Virus record (IMG/VR): IMGVR_UViG_3300042922_000542 | Coordinates: 1 to 64,000 of that record | Length of the DNA stretch: 64,000 nt | Direction: 5' to 3' (one strand) | Part shown: positions 29,153-40,300 of the stretch, piece by piece | Numbering within the stretch: position 1 is the stretch's first letter | Layout: every line of letters starts with the position of its first letter | The notes under the pieces: model-generated | Seen by the model: only the letters and a program-made list of their open reading frames with translations | Databases searched by the model: none | Told to the model about the DNA's origin: nothing | Made by a program: the position numbers and the translations under genes

Positions 29153-30436
29153 ATGAATATTAAACCTGGTACAAAAATATTTTTATGTAAATATATAATA
29201 AAAAATTTAATAATAATGAATAATGATGATGCAATGCAAATGGATCCAACAAATATACTTATGATCGAATATATTAATGATTATGAAAAGTCATTATTTG
29301 CGGTATTAAAAGTAACACTACGAATAGACGTTCGAAAGAAAATTTATATTCTCGCAAATAAAAGAGATATTAAATGTAAATTAGAAATTGATAAAATTGG
29401 TTATGACGTTGATGTTGAAAATCGTATCACTAATCCAGAACCTGTGATCTCATCTGTATTCTCAGTTTATTTTAATGATGATGATGAAAGTATTGATACA
29501 TCTATATTAGAAAAACGTCTGAATATGAATGATGGCAACGATTCAATTACTGCATCTCAGGATATAAATGATGAGAATTATTTTGAAACTCAAAATACTA
29601 TCGATTTATATTTATTTAATCCAACGTTATTAAAAGCATCCAGATATTCTCATAATGCCGTATATACTTCTGGTACATTACAAAATATAATAGGTCATGT
29701 ATTAACTGTAAGTAAACATGATAAAGTTTTAATGAGTCGAATTGAAAATACCGAGGTATATAAAGAACTATTGCTGCCAGCTAATCCAGCATATAAAAAT
29801 TTATTGTATCTAGATCAATATTATGGATTATATAAAACTGGAGCATTAATTTATTACGATATTGATGTTTTATACATATTAAATACTAATGGCAAAGTTA
29901 CGGCTAAACGAAAAAATGAATGGGGTGAATCAACATTTCTAATTCCAGAATTAGAAAATAGTATACCTGGTTCTGGGATGTTGCGCCAACCTGATGAAAA
30001 AATATTCTATTTAACTGTTGCCGAAGGTGATGTAAATCCACAAAAGACATCTATTATGAAAAATGTGGATGTTGGTAGTAAGTTAAAATTAGCATTATCT
30101 GATGATACAACTATAGACCTTATTACATCACAGCAATCATACATTGATAATCAAAATACTTCTGTAATAAATGTTAAAAAAGAAAATAAATATACTGGTA
30201 CTATGTTACAAGCAAGACTACAGGAAAATGAAGCTGTTATATACATAAGTGGTAATAATCTAGATATAAATGCTTTCACACCAAATAAAACATTTAAAAT
30301 TATTTATGACGAGCAATCAAAAAATACTAAATATAAAGGTGAGTATAGATTAGCATATGCATATCATTGCATTAAAGCTGAATCAGAATCTTATTCAACT
30401 GCATCGCATCATATCATATTAAAAAAAACTAAATAA
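29153..30436 (+). CDS. Probable virion protein (baseplate hub-like)
   Basis: 427 aa; LDQYYGLYKTG, DINAFTPNK..Y.GEYRL patterns; RBS GGAGG. Confidence 0.45.
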   Translation: MNIKPGTKIFLCKYIIKNLIIMNNDDAMQMDPTNILMIEYINDYEKSLFAVLKVTLRIDVRKKIYILANKRDIKCKLEIDKIGYDVDVENRITNPEPVISSVFSVYFNDDDESIDTSILEKRLNMNDGNDSITASQDINDENYFETQNTIDLYLFNPTLLKASRYSHNAVYTSGTLQNIIGHVLTVSKHDKVLMSRIENTEVYKELLLPANPAYKNLLYLDQYYGLYKTGALIYYDIDVLYILNTNGKVTAKRKNEWGESTFLIPELENSIPGSGMLRQPDEKIFYLTVAEGDVNPQKTSIMKNVDVGSKLKLALSDDTTIDLITSQQSYIDNQNTSVINVKKENKYTGTMLQARLQENEAVIYISGNNLDINAFTPNKTFKIIYDEQSKNTKYKGEYRLAYAYHCIKAESESYSTASHHIILKKTK

Positions 30437-30480
30437 AAAAATATAGGGGAATTTTATAATTCTCCTATATTTCTATTTTT

Positions 30481-30795
30481 TTATAAAATATTATTCTTTA
30501 ACATATTAATCCGTAATGCCTTACCATAAGCTATAGCTAAACGTTCATGGAGTATTTTCAGCAATGACATATCATCATTATACTTAGACGTCGTAATTTC
30601 ATCAAGTAGTTCAACACATGCATCATTAAATGCCTGCTTGTGTTCAGCATCACCAATTGACGCCTCAGTAGTTTCAACAAAATCTGTTTGAATTTCCCAG
30701 TAACGATTTTTTGCTGTATCCATGCTGTGGATAAAACTATATAGATGGTCAAGATTTGCATTTAAAACAGATGTTTTATTATCGGATCCACTCAT
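30481..30795 (-). CDS. Hypothetical protein
   Basis: 104 aa, RBS GAGGTG. Confidence 0.65.
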   Translation of the reverse strand: MSGSDNKTSVLNANLDHLYSFIHSMDTAKNRYWEIQTDFVETTEASIGDAEHKQAFNDACVELLDEITTSKYNDDMSLLKILHERLAIAYGKALRINMLKNNIL

Positions 30796-30835
30796 TTATT
30801 AAATCACCTCTTTTTATTTTTATAGATTAATTTTA

Positions 30836-31120
30836 TCACATTTCATTGATTGATTTTAGTTTCAATAATATATCGAGCATATAACCCTCAAGTTTAATCT
30901 TTTCTAGATTATAAACTGTATAAGATATAGGGCATAAAGGTTTAATTATTGCCATTTCGAACTTACTCAATCCGATAAAATATTTTTCACCATCTATTAT
31001 TACATACGATCGTTTAAATATGGTATTTGAATTATCGACCAAGTACATGCTCTTTCCAGATCGATCAACTTTAACGCTATTCTTATATTTATTTATACAT
31101 ATTTTATCATTTTTATCCAT
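30836..31120 (-). CDS. Hypothetical protein
   Basis: 94 aa, RBS AAGGTGG. Confidence 0.6.
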   Translation of the reverse strand: MDKNDKICINKYKNSVKVDRSGKSMYLVDNSNTIFKRSYVIIDGEKYFIGLSKFEMAIIKPLCPISYTVYNLEKIKLEGYMLDILLKLKSINEM

Positions 31121-31193
31121 AATCTATCCACCTTTATCATATTATATTTATATAGATAAAATATATAATATTAAATAGTCCATATACGATTTA

Positions 31194-32372
31194 TTATATA
31201 ATGATGTTTAACATTCTCTTAGCTCGGGTAATGCCGGTATAAATTAATCGTTTTTGTAAATCGATATCATTGTTGGTATTATCAATAATAAATGTGACCT
31301 TATCCCAATGACTAATTCTACTTATATTTGCAGATAAAGCATAAGCATATGAAAACTTCATAGGTTCATCTGGCACAATCTGTGTTGACTTTAGATCAAA
31401 ATTATTTAAATGGTGACGGTCCATTACTAAATCCAGAAATTCATCATGATAGAATTCAGGTTTAAAGTTTACTGTAACATATTTGGTTGTAGGTGCATGT
31501 TTATTGACTTTAGTTAAATAACCAACTAAGCCTTTAGTCAAATGAACTTTAACATTTTTATTATCATTATTTACCAATCCTTCATTATATATAGATGATT
31601 CTGTAATTACCCTCTCACCAACAACATTGACAATATCTTTTCTATGCATTACCCTGTTTCGATAAATGTTATTTATTGCATGGCGCAACTCTTCAGATAC
31701 GGTTATATTCATATCTGATACTTTTAAATTATAAAGATTCATTTGTCTTCTTGGCACTATACTAACATTGTCGTAATTTCCATATTTTAATGTTTCCCCA
31801 TTAATGATTTTATGTGCAAAATACACTATAGGATTTTTAATATATTCCGGATTTACTTCATTTAATTCAATATTTGCATCTCGTAAAAATGTAAAAGTAT
31901 TCGGTGCTGGTAACAGCATCGGATCTCTTATAAGTATTACTGGCAATCCGAAAGATGCCAAATCTTGAATTGTTTGTAAATCCAATAGCGTTGAATCAAA
32001 CACCACCATTAATTTATATCTAGGATTTATTTTTGATTTGCGTTTCTTTTTCCATTCAAATTTTGTATGATCACTGGCCGGATTGAGTATAGGAATTGTA
32101 TTGAAATCCGTGATTCTAATATATTCATATAGAACATGATTTATATAATATGCATGGTATCCCTTTATTGCTAAATCCAATACTTGTTTTTGGTTATATG
32201 ATAAATACATAATTTCTCTTTTATCAAGATTTGTTGATTCTACAAAACCCATTATAGTATCAAATACACCAGTACCCACAACACCGGATATTTCAATTAA
32301 CTGATGCTGATATTTATTATACCATGAATTGAGTTTTGATAATGCCACGTATTGATCATTCGTAAGCATCAT
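31194..32372 (-). CDS. RecD/Dda-like SF1B helicase homologue with degenerate ATPase motifs
   Basis: LTNDQ..A Q-motif, GVVGTGV (Walker A lacks Lys), GERVI, AYA and C-terminal LIYTGITRAKR. Confidence 0.8.
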   Translation of the reverse strand: MMLTNDQYVALSKLNSWYNKYQHQLIEISGVVGTGVFDTIMGFVESTNLDKREIMYLSYNQKQVLDLAIKGYHAYYINHVLYEYIRITDFNTIPILNPASDHTKFEWKKKRKSKINPRYKLMVVFDSTLLDLQTIQDLASFGLPVILIRDPMLLPAPNTFTFLRDANIELNEVNPEYIKNPIVYFAHKIINGETLKYGNYDNVSIVPRRQMNLYNLKVSDMNITVSEELRHAINNIYRNRVMHRKDIVNVVGERVITESSIYNEGLVNNDNKNVKVHLTKGLVGYLTKVNKHAPTTKYVTVNFKPEFYHDEFLDLVMDRHHLNNFDLKSTQIVPDEPMKFSYAYALSANISRISHWDKVTFIIDNTNNDIDLQKRLIYTGITRAKRMLNIII

Positions 32373-32475
32373 ATTGCTTCACCTACCTATTTCATTTAGA
32401 TTATATTACAGAGTTCATGTAGCATTTAAAGATAATATGATTATACATTCTTTTATTAAGAAGGAGGATTATAAT

Positions 32476-32805
32476 ATGAATATTATTGATAATATTAGAG
32501 TTGAATTACAAGAGTTAGATATTTTAGATAAAACAAGACAGTATATGAATTCATTAGACAATATAGATGATAAGAAAAAAATACTGTTTGATGTTATGCA
32601 TGCATTCAATCCAAAACAAGCTAAATATTTCGAAAACATGTATGAAAATCTTAATGAATCCGAAAAGAAAGAATTCATCGATTCTACTATATGTGATGGT
32701 ATAATAATCTCTGTAGGAAACTATGATGATGTAAAACGTAGTAGAACAATAAGGGATGTTAATGAAAAATTTGGTGATATTTTAAATAGAAATGAAAATA
32801 AATGA
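32476..32805 (+). CDS. Hypothetical protein (paralogue of 33304-33708)
   Basis: Start 32476 after AAGGAGG; shared LDNIDDKK..LF..M..P.Q.K.FE block. Confidence 0.75.
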   Translation: MNIIDNIRVELQELDILDKTRQYMNSLDNIDDKKKILFDVMHAFNPKQAKYFENMYENLNESEKKEFIDSTICDGIIISVGNYDDVKRSRTIRDVNEKFGDILNRNENK

Positions 32806-32836
32806 ATAATTTGATACTGGAGGGATATATTATATT

Positions 32837-33307
32837 ATGGAAATTAAAATTGAGAAGTATTTATCAGAAGAGCAGATGAAAACAATTGCTGAAGAGGTCT
32901 TTACCGAAAAAATGAAGGCTGATGTAGATCGAGTGATTCAAGCAAGAACATGTGGAAAACTCGTTGATAATATTTTTAACAAAATAGTGGAATCATATGT
33001 CACTGAGATTTCAGATAAGTATAAAGATGATATACTAAAGCTATGTAAATCTGAAATATCCAGGGATCAGAGTAATAACAATGATTGGGATGATACGTTG
33101 AGGGCAACCATCGATTATAAATTAAAGGAAACTTCAAATGTAATAATCGATGAACATATAGATGAAATAAAACCTATAGTATATTCCAAAATTTTAAGAT
33201 GTTGCAACGAAGTATCCGTAAATGCTTTCATTAGTGATATCATAAGGAAACTTGATTTAGATAAGGCGGTTAAAGAAGTATTAGGCGAATATGCCAAAAA
33301 AATATGA
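32837..33307 (+). CDS. Hypothetical protein
   Basis: 156 aa, RBS GGAGGG. Confidence 0.7.
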   Translation: MEIKIEKYLSEEQMKTIAEEVFTEKMKADVDRVIQARTCGKLVDNIFNKIVESYVTEISDKYKDDILKLCKSEISRDQSNNNDWDDTLRATIDYKLKETSNVIIDEHIDEIKPIVYSKILRCCNEVSVNAFISDIIRKLDLDKAVKEVLGEYAKKI

Positions 33308-33708
33308 GGTATAATATAATGAATAATAGTTATGATCACTCAAATAAATCTGACATCGAAGATCGTGCATTAGAAAAAACCAATGTTGCTAGTATTGGAA
33401 TCGATACAAGAATCATTTTTGCATGTAAAGATGTTAGGGAATGTATGATGACACTTGATAACATCGATGATAAGAAAAATGTATTATTCGCCACTATGAA
33501 AATTTTAGCCCCTATGCAGGTTAAACATTTTGAAGATTTATATGAATCACTTAGTGCAGAAGAGAAGCATAAATTTATCGAGATGACTATTAGGGATGGT
33601 ATATTTATAATTGATAATTCATCTAAAGATGATGCTATGATTACAAATGCTATAAATGAAATTCATGCCAAAATTAAGGATTTTGAATATAGTGAAAATC
33701 TAATATGA
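33304..33708 (+). CDS. Hypothetical protein (paralogue of 32476-32805)
   Basis: 134 aa; shared block with the upstream paralogue. Confidence 0.75.
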   Translation: MRYNIMNNSYDHSNKSDIEDRALEKTNVASIGIDTRIIFACKDVRECMMTLDNIDDKKNVLFATMKILAPMQVKHFEDLYESLSAEEKHKFIEMTIRDGIFIIDNSSKDDAMITNAINEIHAKIKDFEYSENLI

Positions 33709-33743
33709 TTATTCACATACTATAAAAAGAGAGGTAATACATA

Positions 33744-34340
33744 ATGGAAGAAAATCAGGTTTATTCAGTTAAGGGATGCGAAACTGGACATATATCAATT
33801 CGGAATCGTGTTATGCATAATGAAAATATACACTATGTCGAAAATGTCAATGTTCATATAGAATTGTTGGAAGGCGGTATAATGCCGCAATATAAACATT
33901 GCGGTGATGCTGGAATGGATGTATATGCGATAAATGATATGATTATAAAACCAGGAGCTACAGTTAGGGTTCGTACTGGTATAAAGTTAGCAGTGCCATT
34001 TGGATATGAGGTTCAGGTTAGACCTAGAAGTGGAATATCCTTTAACACACCATTGAGGGTTGCTAATGCACCTGGCACTATAGATAATAATTTTAAAGGT
34101 GAAATAGAAGTAATTATGACTAATACATCCCCTCATAATATGGATATAACAGGCATGCCACTATTAACATTAGAATCTGAAGGCAATCAATTTGGCACAT
34201 ATAACATAAGAAAAGGTGATAGAATAGCACAAATTGTATTAGAGAAAATTCCTATAATGGAATTGATTCAGGTTGATTCAATCGCGGATATTGGTGAAGA
34301 TAGAGGCGGTGGATTTGGTTCATCTGGTATAACTGGTTAA
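33744..34340 (+). CDS. dut: Trimeric dUTPase
   Basis: Five motifs: AGMD, RPRSG, GTIDNNFKGE, GDRIAQ, RGGGFGSSG. Confidence 0.95.
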   Translation: MEENQVYSVKGCETGHISIRNRVMHNENIHYVENVNVHIELLEGGIMPQYKHCGDAGMDVYAINDMIIKPGATVRVRTGIKLAVPFGYEVQVRPRSGISFNTPLRVANAPGTIDNNFKGEIEVIMTNTSPHNMDITGMPLLTLESEGNQFGTYNIRKGDRIAQIVLEKIPIMELIQVDSIADIGEDRGGGFGSSGITG

Positions 34341-34373
34341 AATAAGAGGGGGGGAAACAATCCCCCTCTTATT
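34341..34373. terminator. Bidirectional terminator
   Basis: AATAAGAGGGGG-(loop)-CCCCCTCTTATT. Confidence 0.8.
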
Positions 34374-35367
34374 ATTTTTTATCTTTTTTATCGCTTGTAG
34401 GTTCAAGTAGATTATGTTTATCCGATTTTTCTAATTGTTTAAGAGTCTTATCAATTGTTGAAATATCCGATATTATATATTTAACTAAATTTCCTATTAT
34501 TGATACAACTGTGGAAATCATTTGTATAGAATTCTTCGCTTTCAATTGATCCTCGGGCGATAATTTTGAAACTGTCCCTTTTATCTTATTCGCATCAAAT
34601 TTGGTCTCAGCCATTTTAGCCAACTCTTCAAATTTAGGTTTATCTGCTTTTAATGAATTTAAAACATTATTTATTCCAGTATAATATACGGACTTTGGAG
34701 ATAAATATGTTTCAACTACCTGTTTATTATTAACATGAATTACGGTTTTTTCAAATTTGATTTTAGATATTTTATTATAGATATTATTCATTTTATTATA
34801 AGTCACAAAATCATTTCCATTAAATATAAATAACCCTTTAGAATAATCACCTTCAGTAGTAAATGAGGTTGCCAGTGTCATGAAATCTTTTAGATATTTA
34901 ATAATATCAGTTTGTAGCAATGGCATATCATCTATAGTTATATACAATTCGATATTTTTATTAACTTTATTATATATTTTTTCTGGAATTTTTGTTAAAT
35001 ATTTAATCATTTTAGCTAATGCCAAAGGTATTTTAACTAAATTTACAATTATAAATTTTAGTATTTTTGTAATCAGATTCATGGAATTAACAGTTAGCTG
35101 ATATATTGTATCAATTATTGCTCCTCCTGCATCTGTTATATTATTATACACCTCTAATGCATCTTTAGTACCTTTACCAGCGCGATTAGCTGCATTCTTA
35201 ACACCTCGTATAATTCCTTGAGACTGTCCAACTGCAGCTTCATTAAATAATAAATCAGTAGATAATAACATGTCTAATGATTCAATATGCGATGTGAATT
35301 CATTGAATGAATTATTATCTATATCAAATTCAGTAAATATGTTTAATTCAAAAATGTCATTTGACAT
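34372..35367 (-). CDS. Hypothetical helical protein, possible internal head protein
   Basis: Start MSNDIF after AGGAGG; acidic N-terminus followed by a basic helical body. Confidence 0.6.
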   Translation of the reverse strand: MSNDIFELNIFTEFDIDNNSFNEFTSHIESLDMLLSTDLLFNEAAVGQSQGIIRGVKNAANRAGKGTKDALEVYNNITDAGGAIIDTIYQLTVNSMNLITKILKFIIVNLVKIPLALAKMIKYLTKIPEKIYNKVNKNIELYITIDDMPLLQTDIIKYLKDFMTLATSFTTEGDYSKGLFIFNGNDFVTYNKMNNIYNKISKIKFEKTVIHVNNKQVVETYLSPKSVYYTGINNVLNSLKADKPKFEELAKMAETKFDANKIKGTVSKLSPEDQLKAKNSIQMISTVVSIIGNLVKYIISDISTIDKTLKQLEKSDKHNLLEPTSDKKDKK

Positions 35368-35487
35368 AAGTATTTTCCTCCTTATTAGAATCATTTAAAT
35401 ATATCGTATTAATATTTTGGTTCAAAAATAGTATACTAAGTATCTACTATTATATATTATAAATACAGTAGAATATGGAGGTATATT

Positions 35488-35658
35488 ATGAAAAATCATG
35501 TAATAGAAAAAGTTGTCAAGACAAGAATAATAGATAATACTATATTTAGTGGATTTAAACCCGGTTATCTTTATATTGGACAGTGTCCAAATTGTAATTT
35601 ACCAAGGATTATATGCGGTCATGAAATAAAAGTAAATCAGGAGAATACTAATGAATAA
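35488..35658 (+). CDS. Small protein (56 aa) with CPNC..CGH motif
   Basis: Not in track; RBS GGAGG; MKNHVIEKVVKTRIIDNTIFSGFKPGYLYIGQCPNCNLPRIICGHEIKVNQENTNE. Confidence 0.6.
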   Translation: MKNHVIEKVVKTRIIDNTIFSGFKPGYLYIGQCPNCNLPRIICGHEIKVNQENTNE

Positions 35659-35824
35659 TATAGATAGATTAGAAGAATATGAAAATATTGATTTTGATCG
35701 ATTAATTATCGATATCAATAGAGGTAAAGTTAAATGTGGTAAATATGCACATCTTGTTAAAATTAAAGAAAATAATAAAAAGGAGAATAACCATGGATCA
35801 AAAAATAACGACAAATTCAAATAA
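35651..35824 (+). CDS. Small protein (57 aa)
   Basis: Not in track; RBS AGGAG; MNNIDRLEEYENIDFDRLIIDINRGKVKCG... Confidence 0.55.
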   Translation: MNNIDRLEEYENIDFDRLIIDINRGKVKCGKYAHLVKIKENNKKENNHGSKNNDKFK

Positions 35825-35960
35825 TAATTTAAAATTCGATGAATTACTTAAAACGAATAAAGATAATAATACAGTTGGAAAAAATCATAATGAGAGTGCT
35901 ATAAATAATGAATCATTAAGTTCAGAACCAACCGGCAAATTACAATATTTCACCGAATAA
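35793..35960 (+). CDS. Small protein (55 aa)
   Basis: ATG 35793 after AAGGAG; MDQKITTNSN...GKLQYFTE. Confidence 0.55.
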   Translation: MDQKITTNSNNNLKFDELLKTNKDNNTVGKNHNESAINNESLSSEPTGKLQYFTE

Positions 35961-35990
35961 TATAGTAGGTGGGTTTCCACCTACTATATT
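35959..35990. terminator. Terminator hairpin
   Basis: AATATAGTAGGTGG-GTTT-CCACCTACTATATT. Confidence 0.8.
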
Positions 35991-36017
35991 AATTTTCATT
36001 TACTAGGAGGGATTATA

Positions 36018-36764
36018 ATGATATTAATGTTAACTTCAAGATGCAATGGCAATTGTACTCACTGTATGTCTAGATGCACTGAAGATGGAATTGATATGAG
36101 TATGAAGGTACTCAAAGATAGTATAGAATTTATTAAGAAATTATATGTTAATACTATAAATATTGGCGGCGGTGAACCGACAATGCACCCTGCATTTATA
36201 GAATGTTTAAAGCTTATCAAAAATGAGATTGGTGACCGCATCATCACATTATGTACAAATGGGATTTTTGTACGTAATGAATATTTATTCAATGAAATAA
36301 AGGAATTAGATATATTAATTCAAACTACATATAATGCAGATTTATATAAGACTGGTTTGACTGATGAGGAAATAAATAAATTAAAAGATATAAGTGTTGT
36401 TGTATTGGATGAACCATCTAAGGAGAGATTACTTGAATATGGTAGAGCATTAGACAATAATCTTGAAACATCAACTACGAGAATATCACCATTATGTTTT
36501 AATATAAGATCCCTAGTTAAGGCTAGTGAATTTGAGCTGGATGCTGCTATTAATAGACTTGAATGGATGAATAAATTCTGCTGCCCAACAATTAGACCTG
36601 ATGGATCAATCAGTTTAAGTGAATCATTATGTTGTCCATCAATCGGGACAATATATGATAGTATTGATACTCTTACAGAAAATATAAAAAAATTTAATTG
36701 TACCAATTGTGTTTATGCCAAACGATTACTCAATGATGATCGATATTCATCAATATTAAAATAA
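36018..36764 (+). CDS. Radical SAM protein with short twitch-like C-terminus
   Basis: TSRCNGNCTHC, GGGEPTMHP, CTNG, FCCPTIRPDG..CTNC. Confidence 0.88.
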   Translation: MILMLTSRCNGNCTHCMSRCTEDGIDMSMKVLKDSIEFIKKLYVNTINIGGGEPTMHPAFIECLKLIKNEIGDRIITLCTNGIFVRNEYLFNEIKELDILIQTTYNADLYKTGLTDEEINKLKDISVVVLDEPSKERLLEYGRALDNNLETSTTRISPLCFNIRSLVKASEFELDAAINRLEWMNKFCCPTIRPDGSISLSESLCCPSIGTIYDSIDTLTENIKKFNCTNCVYAKRLLNDDRYSSILK

Positions 36765-36786
36765 TAAAATATAACGGGGGTATTAC

Positions 36787-37344
36787 ATGGAAAATATTAC
36801 AACAATAATCAATACATCAAATATCATACAGGAACATTTAGAACCTATCGTATTAAAAGTACGAAAAGAGATGTCTGAAATTTATGATATTACAAAATCA
36901 GAATATGCTGAATATGCAGGTCTATGCAATGTAGGTTGCGCGATGTTTAAATTTGAAATACAAGAACTAGCGAAGAAATATGATTTAGATATTAAGACTA
37001 TGATAATACACGGTGAGCAAAGACATAATCATCGCATTAAACCTGATGATTGGTATATTCAACATACATGGATTTCTGTATATGGTTTATGTTTGAATGA
37101 AAATATTTATGTGGATTTAACATCGCAACAATTTAAGTATTTATATGATGATATTCCTGATTATTACATATCAACAACTCCACCGCCATGGTATATGCCA
37201 GATAAAGAAAATGGTTTCTTTAAGATATATGATTTTAACAAATGGATCGCAATCCATATCATTGAAAATATTGATTATCATATATGGGGTGGAATTTGCA
37301 AATTGTATAATAAATTATTAAAAATAAATAAAAAGAATAAATAA
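36787..37344 (+). CDS. Possible transglutaminase/papain-fold protein
   Basis: GLCNV, HTW and YVDLTSQQF give a candidate Cys-His-Asp triad. Confidence 0.5.
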   Translation: MENITTIINTSNIIQEHLEPIVLKVRKEMSEIYDITKSEYAEYAGLCNVGCAMFKFEIQELAKKYDLDIKTMIIHGEQRHNHRIKPDDWYIQHTWISVYGLCLNENIYVDLTSQQFKYLYDDIPDYYISTTPPPWYMPDKENGFFKIYDFNKWIAIHIIENIDYHIWGGICKLYNKLLKINKKNK

Positions 37345-37370
37345 AGAAGGGTTTAAACCCTTCTTTATTT
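37339..37370. terminator. Bidirectional terminator
   Basis: AAATAAAGAAGGGTTT/AAACCCTTCTTTATTT palindrome between convergent genes. Confidence 0.85.
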
Positions 37371-37375
37371 TTTTA

Positions 37376-40300
37376 TTAGGGATTATATGATTCTACATGC
37401 ATCTTCCAAGCTTCAGTATCAACAGGGGCATATAATACTCGGTCAGTTCCTTTATATGATGATTTTGTATGATCCGAATCATCTATATAGCGTCCAACTC
37501 CAACTTCACCTGATATCCAACTCGAAGACTGTCCACTAGGATCCACTTCTTTACCATTCTTGAAAAATTTACATTCATCAATCATTCTAAGTGAACCCAT
37601 GCTATACTTACGGAGATTTATTATTTTATCCCCATTATTTAAAATTCCGTTTTGAATAATATCGGATGCATCGGATATCACCAGATTATATTTTGATTTA
37701 TGTTTAGTATCATATAAACCAAATTCAACATTCTCACCTCTACCGGCAAGTGTTATATTATATATCAATGAATGAATTGCATCAAACACTTTTACCATAT
37801 TCGAATTTCCGCCAGCATCCATTTTATCAGCAAATATATATCGGATAGAAGATCCAGCAAAATCGATCATGTGTGATTTAAAATATTTAATTAATGTGAT
37901 TAATGGTTTAAAAAACATATCATTTCCTACAGCAGTTTGTTCAAAATATTTTAAATGCATATTTAATTCATTTTCAATTGCAATTACGATATTCATCAAA
38001 TCATTCATCCAGCTATCTCTCGAAGTTTCAGCCTTATCAAATAATGCTTCAAATCTAGGATTTTTACGAATGATATAATCTTTATATGTAGCTGCAGGTT
38101 GGGCTTCACCATTCATATCCATTCTAACTTTAGATATTAGAATTTTCTTGAATATTTCATTTCTAATTGCAACTGGTAACTTTTCACCAATTGTATACGC
38201 TCTATTCGAATTTGGAACTACTGTTGTAACTTTAAAATATGCATTATTTAATTCATTATCATTTAATGCATTTATTTGTCCTATAACGGATCTAACAATT
38301 GATTCATCAACCTTATCCCCATTCCACCAGATTGGATTTTTTATGAGAGTTCCATTATTATTAATATATCTGAGATCTGGACTATTGATGATATCAAAAA
38401 AATATACATTATCACCATTCGGTGTAGTAACATACCATTTTTTAGATTCACCCAAACCTGTTCCCAGAAATGGGAAATATGAAGGATACATTACCATCTC
38501 TTCAACTGTTATAGCACTACCTGATGGTTTATGTGGATAAAATAAACTAAATGCTTGCCAATCATCATTTGATAACCTAAACTCAGCTAAAATCTTATCT
38601 ACTGGAGAAATAAAGTTATCAACAAATACTGAACGAACTGCATCATATACAAATAGTGCACGGTATATCTTTTCATACTCGTTAAACTGATCCTTATTGT
38701 TAGTCCTAGAAATTTCATAAGTGAGCCAGTCTCTTAGAGGTATCATAACATCATTAAATAATCGATTTATATCAGATGGGCTTTTCATAGATAAATTATT
38801 GATCAACCCTAATATTCGATCTTTATCAGTATATTTAGTTGTATTGATAAATTGTCTGAACAGATCTAGATCCAACTCGAAATTAAACCCAGCAACAGCT
38901 AATAATCCTGAAGCGGATGATATGATTTCACCAGTTAAATTGTTATTTTCACACATTGCGGCCATTATAAATACTGAGAGGTCAAATAATGATATTTTCT
39001 CATTACTAAATACCTCAGGTACAGATATCATGAATGTATCAGTGAAGTTTTTATTATCCACAAGCATCCTTAGGAAATATATTGATTCAAATAATGAAGC
39101 CGTTTGGTCAACCATTGATTCGATCATAATATATTTAGAATCTGAATATGAATAATATTTGTTTTTAATAGCGGCTTGGGTATCTGGTAGTTCCCACCAT
39201 CTAGGATCGGCACCGGTTACATCGCTATAATTAAAAGTCTTTGATTTGGATGTTATCATATCATTATAAGTATTTTTAGATTTTAAATCAACCGCCTCGA
39301 AGTATATATCTGTATTTAATGATTTAAATGGGGTTCCAGTTTCAGGATTGATTGTTGTCAGTAAATCTAAATCCTCAGAAGAATTAATTGGGGTTCCATC
39401 TGAGAATAATGCCTGACCATCATCACCAAATATCTGTTGTTTAATCATCATAAATTTACTTATCGTAATATTATCATATTTTAAAATTTTGACTAAATCA
39501 TAGAATACCGGATTTGTTGCTTTGCTTCTTATAAGTTTATTTAATGATACAACAAGTTTTCTTTTAACTTCTTGAGTCATTATTAATGATCGTGGAATAC
39601 CATACATCTGAAATATTGTTTGAATTATCGTATCATCTATAAATCTATTATCTGAAGTATGTTCCACTGATTTACTGCATAGCTGCATTAGTACAAACGC
39701 AACTATAATAAGTGATATAAATTCTCTGTAGTTCTCAAATAGATCAATGTATTCAACGTTGTATATCGTACGCACAACATAATCACGATACTGATTATAC
39801 AATGTTGCAAATTCTTTAAGAAGATATGGGTTTACATCATTTCTATCCATGGGAATATAACGTATTAATTGAAAATCTCTCGCTCGTCTTGCAATATATA
39901 TGTCGATACGATATAGGCCTAAATAGCGGAGATATTCTTTATCCGGATTATTTGCAAGTATTTCATTGTATTCATCTGTTAGTATATATTTATTCTGTAT
40001 TGCATCTGTTAATTCATGAACTGGAATATTAGTAGTTATCCCATATAGCTGTTTTAAGTTATCTGATAAATAAATAAAATCCTTACTGGTTGCATTGATT
40101 GGTGGTTGTCCATTAAGCATTCTATAATAATCATTCTTTTCTACATAATTATTGATTACGGTGCTTCTCCCAATCTCTAATAAATGATCCCGATATATTA
40201 ATGGAACATTGTATATATTTTTTAACCATGAATCTATAATTTGATATTTGAGATTAGGTGTAATTTGTTGAAACATCGCATGTGTATATAAATGTTGATA

